A stretch of DNA of 64,000 bases from Bacteroidia bacterium (lineage in GTDB: Bacteria; Bacteroidota; Bacteroidia; Bacteroidales; VadinHA17): the NCBI GenBank assembly GCA_026391215.1, contig JAPLDX010000034.1, forward strand, positions 1-64,000. The letters are read 5' to 3'. Both the position numbers and the translations under genes were made by a program. Below, in pieces: positions 1-6,655 of the stretch (within the stretch, counting starts at the first letter, position 1; each line of letters begins with the position of its first letter). The notes under the pieces are model-generated. The model saw only the letters and a program-made list of their open reading frames with translations, had not been told where the DNA came from and ran no database searches.

Positions 1-861
1 ATACGTAAAGTAAGGGAGAAAACACTTGGTGTCATTGGCGTTAATGTTCTGGTTGCCATGACAAATTTTGCGGATATGATAAAGACTTCCATCTCTGAAA
101 AGGCAGATATCATTATAGCGGGTGCAGGACTTCCACTTGATTTGCCATCCTTTTTAAAGAAAGACAGTATTACAAAGCTCGTACCTATTGTTTCATCGGC
201 CAGAGCGACTAAGATAATCTGTGAAAAGTGGAAAGCTAACTATGATTATCTGCCCGATGCTGTTATTGTTGAAGGACCAAAGGCAGGCGGACATCTGGGC
301 TTTAAGGAGGAGCAAATCGGGGACAATAATTATGCGCTTGAAAAGCTTGTTCCGGAAATCGTTAATGAGCTGAAACCTTTTGAAGAAAAATATAATCAAT
401 CTATTCCGCTTATTGCAGCAGGGGGGATCTATACAGGTGAGGATATTAATAACATAATGAAACTGGGAGCATCCGGCGTTCAAATGGGAACCAGATTTGT
501 AACCACCGATGAATGTGATGCCTCACCTGCGTTCAAACAGGCATACATTGATGCAGATGAGAAGGATATTGAAATAATAAAGAGTCCTGTTGGTATGCCT
601 GGGCGAGCTATTTTAAGCGATTTCCTCACCAAGGTGAAAGCCGGTAAAAAACAGCCGAAAAAATGTCCGTTTAAGTGTATCAAAACATGCGATATTTCCA
701 AAAGCCCTTATTGCATTATCATTGCACTTATAAATGCATTTAAAGGGAATTTTGAAAATGGCTTTGCTTTTGCCGGAAGCAATGCTTTCAGAGCAACTAA
801 AATATTGTCAGTAAAGGAGATCTTCCAATCTTTGTTAAAGGAGTATAATGAAAGTAAATAA
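1..861 (+). CDS. Nitronate monooxygenase / FabK-like FMN-dependent oxidoreductase (5' end outside window)
   Basis: Frame is open from base 1 (IRKVREKTLGVIGVNVLVAM...); motifs VEGPKAGGHLG, IAAGGI, GVQMGTRF, SPVGMPGRA. Confidence 0.88.
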   Translation: MRKVREKTLGVIGVNVLVAMTNFADMIKTSISEKADIIIAGAGLPLDLPSFLKKDSITKLVPIVSSARATKIICEKWKANYDYLPDAVIVEGPKAGGHLGFKEEQIGDNNYALEKLVPEIVNELKPFEEKYNQSIPLIAAGGIYTGEDINNIMKLGASGVQMGTRFVTTDECDASPAFKQAYIDADEKDIEIIKSPVGMPGRAILSDFLTKVKAGKKQPKKCPFKCIKTCDISKSPYCIIIALINAFKGNFENGFAFAGSNAFRATKILSVKEIFQSLLKEYNESK

Positions 862-912
862 CCTTTAAGAACGTATTGTACGTTTATATCATAAGCCCAA
901 ATCTTTCTTTAA

Positions 913-1029
913 ATGCTGTAATTGAAAATCATCGAGCAGATTACCAACACGGAGAATCCCTCCATGGACAAATATCTGCATGAGATAGCCAGGATTAATC
1001 TGATTACTGCAGAAGAAGAGGCCGACAAG
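913..1029 (+). pseudogene. Decayed 5' fragment of an RpoD/SigA-type sigma-70 gene
   Basis: Reads ML*LKIIEQITNTENPSMDKYLHEIARINLITAEEEADK, resembling the Bacteroidota sigma-70 N-terminus (MRQLKI..ITNRE..SLDKYL.EI....LIT.EEE); stop at codon 3, similarity ends after region 1.2. Confidence 0.75.
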
Positions 1030-1131
1030 TTTTTAACACATCGAATACTAAATCTTCTAGATTTAATATAAATGGTTTCCCAAATACCCTCAGTTCAATT
1101 CTATCACACGGCGAGCCTTTATCAACAGTAA

Positions 1132-1197
1132 GGGTTGCGATTTATGTTGTATACCTAAAGCCTATGCATCTGCAATGCAACATAAAGAGAGCAACCC
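1132..1197. repeat. Long imperfect inverted repeat / hairpin between convergent genes
   Basis: GGGTTGC(1132-1138)/GCAACCC(1191-1197) and TTTATGTTGTAT(1141-1152)/ATGCAACATAAA(1175-1186). Confidence 0.6.
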
Positions 1198-1216
1198 GAG
1201 CACCTTCCCTGATTAA

Positions 1217-2875
1217 TTAATCCTTGATGCAACGTACTGAAAGCCCAGCAGTCATTAAGTCTTCGGATTTACGTATTTCCCCCGACTCCACAACCAGATA
1301 TCGCTTTAAGGCATTGGAGATGTCATACACTGAAGAACTCCAAAAGAAATTAGCCCACCCCATTAAATAAAAGTATCCATCATTGGTGTTGCGATAACCA
1401 CCAGGAACACCTGTAAATCCCGTTTCGTTAGTTGCTCCAGCATTAGGACTTAGCCAATGGATTGTACCGGTTTCTTTCAATTTACCACCAGCTACACTTT
1501 CTCCTCCTAAATAGGTTTCTAATGATGTCCATTCGGCATCTGTTGGAACGTGCCATCCAGCAGCGCAAAGTTTGCCTGTATTTACTGTGTACCAATTGTA
1601 CAGGGCACCATAAGTATTTTTATAAGCGGCCTGATTGTTATTATACCAGCAATAGCCTGGGGTGGTCAAAATCCTCCACGTTGTACCGTTTGTTACGAGT
1701 GGTATTGTAGCTCCGTCATTATATTTGGTGGTTTTTAAATTTTCTTTCATCCATATCTTGGTGCCTATAATAACAGTATTATAAATATTTCCATCTGCAT
1801 CTTTTACTATAGAGTCCTGGCTAACTGTTCCAGCGACATTGATATCTCCATTAACTATCAGGTTGTTCTGCAGGTTCAAAACTCCAGACACCTCAATTGT
1901 ATCTTTATTGGCCATTAATAGAGAGGCTTCTGTCTGATTTTGATCTATACCGATTATGTTGAAAGTAGAAGATGTTTCATTGGCAAGCGTCCTGACATAA
2001 AACTTTGTATTATTGGGTTCCACAATCATATACTCGCTTTCTGATCCCTTAGCCTTTCCAAAGCCCCCGATGGCAAAGCCTCCCTTTACAGCCTTTGATA
2101 TCGTATCGTTAAGATAGATCCTTGTACTGTCATGTGTTACACGCAGGTACTCTACACCCGGCTCTTTGCTTGTTCCAAATCCACCAATCGCAAATCCTCC
2201 TTTTACTCCCTTACCTGAACCGTTGTCAATATATGCTCTTATACTGTCAGGATTAACAACAAACAGGTTTTGGGATTGAGATTTATTTGTGCCAAAGCCT
2301 CCTATTGCAAATCCCCCCTTTGCTCCTTTTGCTCCATCATCAACATATATTCTCACTCCCTCATTATATACAGCAAAAACAGTCTGTCCCTCTTTATTCT
2401 TAACCTCAAACAATGCTTCCTCCATATCGCTCGTTTCTCCCGTTACAGCCAATTTCTTTACACTGCCGGTCAGCTTTTCGGCAACCATGGCATAAGGCAC
2501 TGTCCAAAGCTTTGCTGATCCGAGACTTTTCCAGGAATTCTGGTAATATAACTGCATCTTAATGAATAAGGATTTTGTCCAGTCCACTTCATTAAAGGTC
2601 AGCGCAGATCCGGACTGCCTTGTTCCTGTACCTATGATAAGGCTAAAAACACCGCTGGTGTTGGTCTTAACAGTCGAATGGAGTTCCTCCCAGACAACTA
2701 CAGGCGTTAAAGTATCAGAAAGAATGGCTGCTTTAACCTGCAGATTGGTATTCGCTACCGGCGCTCCAGTACTTGTATGTGCAACTGCCTGATAATTAAA
2801 GCCCTGTGGTACTTGTGAAGATAAAAGATAAAAACTCAGGGATAAAAGGAGAGAAAGAATGATTTTTGTTTTCAT
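1217..2875 (-). CDS. Secreted fibre-like protein: signal peptide, QGFNYQAV...VPYA domain, 3x KGGFAIGG repeats, C-terminal FISUMP (Fibrobacter major paralogous) domain
   Basis: Signal MKTKIILSLLLSLSFYLLSSQ; FISUMP motifs DADGNIYNTVIIG..WMKENL, YGALYNWY, GWHVPTDAEW, WSSS, GLSVRCIKD. Confidence 0.85.
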   Translation of the reverse strand: MKTKIILSLLLSLSFYLLSSQVPQGFNYQAVAHTSTGAPVANTNLQVKAAILSDTLTPVVVWEELHSTVKTNTSGVFSLIIGTGTRQSGSALTFNEVDWTKSLFIKMQLYYQNSWKSLGSAKLWTVPYAMVAEKLTGSVKKLAVTGETSDMEEALFEVKNKEGQTVFAVYNEGVRIYVDDGAKGAKGGFAIGGFGTNKSQSQNLFVVNPDSIRAYIDNGSGKGVKGGFAIGGFGTSKEPGVEYLRVTHDSTRIYLNDTISKAVKGGFAIGGFGKAKGSESEYMIVEPNNTKFYVRTLANETSSTFNIIGIDQNQTEASLLMANKDTIEVSGVLNLQNNLIVNGDINVAGTVSQDSIVKDADGNIYNTVIIGTKIWMKENLKTTKYNDGATIPLVTNGTTWRILTTPGYCWYNNNQAAYKNTYGALYNWYTVNTGKLCAAGWHVPTDAEWTSLETYLGGESVAGGKLKETGTIHWLSPNAGATNETGFTGVPGGYRNTNDGYFYLMGWANFFWSSSVYDISNALKRYLVVESGEIRKSEDLMTAGLSVRCIKD

Positions 2876-2891
2876 AGTGATGATAGGTATT

Positions 2892-3007
2892 AGAACTTTG
2901 AAAACGAGATAATTGTATGAAAGTTAGATCAAAAATTAACGCAAGTCAAATAAAAATCCATCCACCCGGGTACGACCTCAGAGGGAATGTCTCAAATGAG
3001 GCAAGGA
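2892..3007. repeat. 116-bp direct repeat copy A (promoter block of the fibre gene)
   Basis: Aligns without gaps to 11172-11287 with 17 mismatches by hand count (~85%); minus strand carries TTTGACTTGC...TAACTTTC, resembling a Bacteroidota -33/-7 promoter. Confidence 0.9.
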
Positions 3008-3071
3008 ACAGCTGGATGATTTTGCTGAATGGTGCAGAAACGGACCCGGGTTAATTGTTGTATCACATGTG
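3003..3071 (+). pseudogene. Fragment of an acylphosphatase gene (C-terminal part)
   Basis: Reads KEQLDDFAEWCRNGPGLIVVSHV, matching the acylphosphatase L..F.EWC..GP...V..V segment; no start codon or N-terminal half. Confidence 0.55.
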
Positions 3072-3120
3072 CATAAGAAGGAATTTTGTATCTTAGAGAT
3101 AAATCTTAGATGAGGATAAA

Positions 3121-3690
3121 ATGTATTCCCGCACTCTGTTTATAGCTGGATTATTCCAGGTGATCTCAATTATTGCAGTGGCTCAGACAGACAAGAAAGC
3201 TGCTGAGCTGAAAAATCTCGAAGTCCCGGTAGCGAACGCCAAAGCCAGGGTGGCAATGAATGAAAAAAGAGTGGCAGCTGCTGATTCTCTCATTGATGCC
3301 GGGAAGATGATGATCACTGAAATAAAAGCAGAGCTTAAAGCCATCGATTCAGACAGCAGGAAGCTCGAAAAGAATTATGCTGCACAGCGTAAGCCGCTCA
3401 ACAAACTTGCCAATACCAGGGATAAAGCAGCAGCAAATAAGGCCAGAACAGATCTAAGGGCTCTTGAAACCAGGTACAAGACTGATAACAGAGCTCTTGA
3501 AACCAGGCTTAGAGATGCCTACAGAAAGCAGACAACAGCTATTGGTAATATCCAGAAAGGCAAAACATCCAGAAAGAATGCAATGGATGCTCTGAAGATT
3601 TCGAAAAATGCCCTTAAAGCAGTTCAGGCAAAATATGACGCTGCTGCCGCCCGGCTAAGCATACCGGGAAATGGACAGTTGGACAGTTAA
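3121..3690 (+). CDS. Secreted Ala/Lys-rich coiled-coil hypothetical protein
   Basis: Signal peptide ending AVA-Q; basic, helical heptad-like body. Confidence 0.7.
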   Translation: MYSRTLFIAGLFQVISIIAVAQTDKKAAELKNLEVPVANAKARVAMNEKRVAAADSLIDAGKMMITEIKAELKAIDSDSRKLEKNYAAQRKPLNKLANTRDKAAANKARTDLRALETRYKTDNRALETRLRDAYRKQTTAIGNIQKGKTSRKNAMDALKISKNALKAVQAKYDAAAARLSIPGNGQLDS

Positions 3691-3728
3691 GATAGCAACC
3701 AGAACGTCTTTAACCTGTTTAGATTATT

Positions 3729-6408
3729 CTATTTGCTTGCACTCGTAGCTAAAAATGCTTTTATCTGCTCAACATCTTGCTGAAGAGTCTGAAGTTGTGA
3801 TTTAAGATTGTCATTTTCTGATTTGTAGGAGTCGATCTGTTTCTGCTGTTCTTTTATTGCCTCAGTCAATACAGCGGTTATTTTATCATAGGCAACAGAC
3901 TTATATCCGTCTGAGCCGGTAACAACGACCTCTGGAACCACCGTTTCAAGTTCCTGAGCGATAAATCCGATATGTTTTCCCGAATCCCCTGATGGTTCGG
4001 GATCATTAGTCAGGTCATATCTGACACCACGAAGATTCATTACCATTTCAAGGGCGTATTCAATTGTGCAAATGTTCTTTTTATATCGGATATCAGAATT
4101 TGTGAGCCAGTCATATCCCGATTCCACACGGCCGTTGCCTCCGGCAATATCGAGTTTCTGCTGAGGGTCGACCATATTAATACCAACATTGCTGTTATAT
4201 AACACAGTGAAGGCATTTTTACGATTATCATTTGAAAAACCATTTCCTATTACAAAAACCGGATCGGTTGAGGTATAACCATTCGGAGTAGTCATGTTAG
4301 TTGTATCATTAAACATGCCAAGAACAAATGAAGAATTTGATTTTGCAATAGTTTCCCCACCGAATGCCGCAGAAGCATCTCCTTTTGCCTGAGAAGAATT
4401 GCCCATTGCAAATGAAAAGTCCCCTTTTGCTAATGTAAAACCTCCTAATGCAACAAATGCAGACCCACTAGATACAGGGCTTTGTCCGAAGGAGAAAGAA
4501 AAGGCACCCTGAGATAAACTTCCTGCTCCTCCTGCGAATGAATTTTCTCCAGAAGAAATAGTATGATTTCCAAATGCAGTTGTATAAGTACCGCTTGCCT
4601 GGGTATGATATCCGAAAGTAGTTGAGACTGGTCCACTTGATGCAGTTGATTCACCAAATGCAACAGAGGTATTTCCACTTGCCAGGGTATTTGATCCTAA
4701 TGCTGTAGATGTGATTCCTGTCGCTCGAGAATTTGAACCCATTGCAACTGATGCTCTTCCAATAGCTGAAGTAAATTCTCCAATTGCAGTTGATGCATCA
4801 GCACTTGCTTTAGTACTCTGTCCGAAGGAGAAAGAAAAAACTCCTTGCGATTCGCTGCCTGCACCTCCGGCAAATGAGTTTTCACCTGAAGCAATTGTGT
4901 TATTGTTAACTGCCATTGCAAAAGTTCCGGTCGCTTTTGTATACCATCCCATTGATGTTGAAAATCCTCCACTCGCTTTAGTTGATCTTCCCATTGATAT
5001 TGCTCCCCATCCTGTTGAGCTTGTTTCCAAGCCAAATGAAAATGAGTTTACGCCTATTGCTGTGTCTGCAACTCCCAGAGCAAAAGAACTGGCGCCAAGA
5101 GCTTGAGAACCCATTCCAAAAGCAAAAGAATATGGCCCTTTTGCGTATGCAACATCTGTAGTTTGTCCTAATGAATCAACCCCAGCACTACCGAATGCAA
5201 AGCTCCTGAATCCTTCAGCAATAGCTCCTCGTCCAAAAGCATAACTTTCATAACTCTTCGCCTGTGCCCACTGCCCGAAAGCAAACGAATTATCCCGATT
5301 TGCGACTGACTGATAACCAATTGAGGTTGAATAAATTCCACGTGCTATTGCCTGATATCCCATTGCCTGGGAATATTGTCCAATTGCCTTTGATTCATAT
5401 CCTGTTGCGAATGAGTTTATTCCCACACTGTCAGGCTTTTCAACCAGTACCCTGCCTGCAAGAAAAGCATTCTTCAAAGGATACCATAATATCTTGTTTT
5501 GTGATGGGTTGATTATGTTACTTATATCTGTTGAGACATTAAAATAATGTCCTGCCTTATCCTTAACTGTTCCAAATCCACCTATTGCAAATCCTCCTTT
5601 TGGTCCTTTTGTTGAGCTATTATCAATATATGCCCTGATACTGTCAGAGCTGACAAACAGATAATTCTGTGAACCGGCCTTGGTTGTTCCATATCCGCCA
5701 ATAGCAAATCCGCCCTTGACTGCTTTAACAGTATCATACAAATACATCCTGATGGAATCAGGCTTTACAATAAAATATGGCTTTGAAGACTCTTTTGTTG
5801 TCCCGAATCCGCCGATGGCAAAGCCTCCCTTAACTCCTTTTTCATCACCGTCGCTTACATAAACTCTAACACCCTCATACTTCGAACAAAGCCTCTTCGA
5901 GGTTGTCAGTTTCACCTGTTACCGCAAGCTTTTTTAAAGGGGCTCCAATGTCATTTGTGACCATAGCATAAGGCACCGACCATAATCTTGATGTTCCCAG
6001 GTATTTCCATGCTCCCAGGTAATTGATCTGGATTTTCAGGAACAGGGGAGACATGGTCCAGTCGATATCGCTGAATGCAGAAGCTGATCCCGACTGTTTT
6101 ATACCTGTACCGATGACCAGGTTGAACACTCCGTTTACGTTGGTTTTGACTGCTGAATGCAGCTCTTCCCACACTATAACCGGGGTAAGGGTATCTGAGA
6201 GAATACTCATTTTTACCTGAATGGTAGTATTCATTATCGGTGCTCCTGCACTGTTATGTGCTACTGCCTGATAGTTGAATCCTTGAGGGATCTGGCTCAG
6301 GGCGGAGGGCGAAGGGCAGAGGGTTAAAAGGCACACGACACACGACACAAGCTTCGCCCACCGAAGCCAAGCGAAGGTGGGACACAGGGGGGAGAGTTTT
6401 GTTTTCAT
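3729..6408 (-). pseudogene. Frameshifted paralogous fibre: same N-terminal domain and KGGFAIGG repeats, then YadA-like 14-aa head repeats and a peptidase S74 intramolecular chaperone
   Basis: ORFs 5875..6489 and 3729..5915 are the two halves. Likely start ATG 6408 (MKTKLSP). Junction GAA GTA|T GAG GGT at ~5878 lacks 38 bp present in the paralog. Repeats ASGxxSxAxG; S74 motifs SDIRYKKNI, HIGFIAQELETVVPEVV, SVAYDKITAVLTEAIKEQQ. Confidence 0.85.
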
Positions 6409-6462
6409 GGAGGTAACGGCTTTTAGGCTTAACGGCTCAACGGCGCAAAGGCGTAAAGGCCC
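6352..6462. repeat. REP-like palindrome inside the signal-peptide coding region plus six degenerate 8-bp tandem units in the leader
   Basis: CTTCGCCCACCGAAGCCAAGCGAAGGTGGG (stem CCCACC/GGTGGG) at 6352-6381; units aacggctt/ttaggctt/aacggctc/aacggcgc/aaaggcgt/aaaggccc at 6415-6462. Confidence 0.6.
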
Positions 6463-6655
6463 TTGATCCGGGAGCCTGTGGTTTAACATATAAAATTGAA
6501 AACCAATGAATTTAATTTAAAGTTATAACAAAAAAGGAACGAAGGCAAGTTTTATTGACCAACGATCTAAGAATGTGGAGTATGATGATTAATCAGTTGA
6601 CAAATCCACTCATCGAAGTCCCCCCCTATTGGGGACCTAGTCAATGGACAAGTCG

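Noticed and set aside
1132-1197. Integron attC or Xer dif site
   Set aside because: TTATGTTG resembles a XerD arm but there is no XerC arm at 6-bp spacing, and the RYYYAAC...GTTRRRY ends of attC are not present.
3729-5915. Prophage or tailocin suggested by the S74 tail-fibre chaperone
   Set aside because: No capsid, sheath, baseplate, terminase, lysis or integrase genes; the reconstructed gene has a signal peptide.
5860-5915. Programmed ribosomal frameshift joining the two fibre ORFs
   Set aside because: No slippery heptamer; comparison with the paralog shows missing sequence, not just a frame change.
6409-6489. N-terminal extension of ORF 5875..6489 (MLNHRLPDQG...)
   Set aside because: It is translated 8-bp tandem repeat DNA; the paralog starts MKTK, matching ATG 6408.
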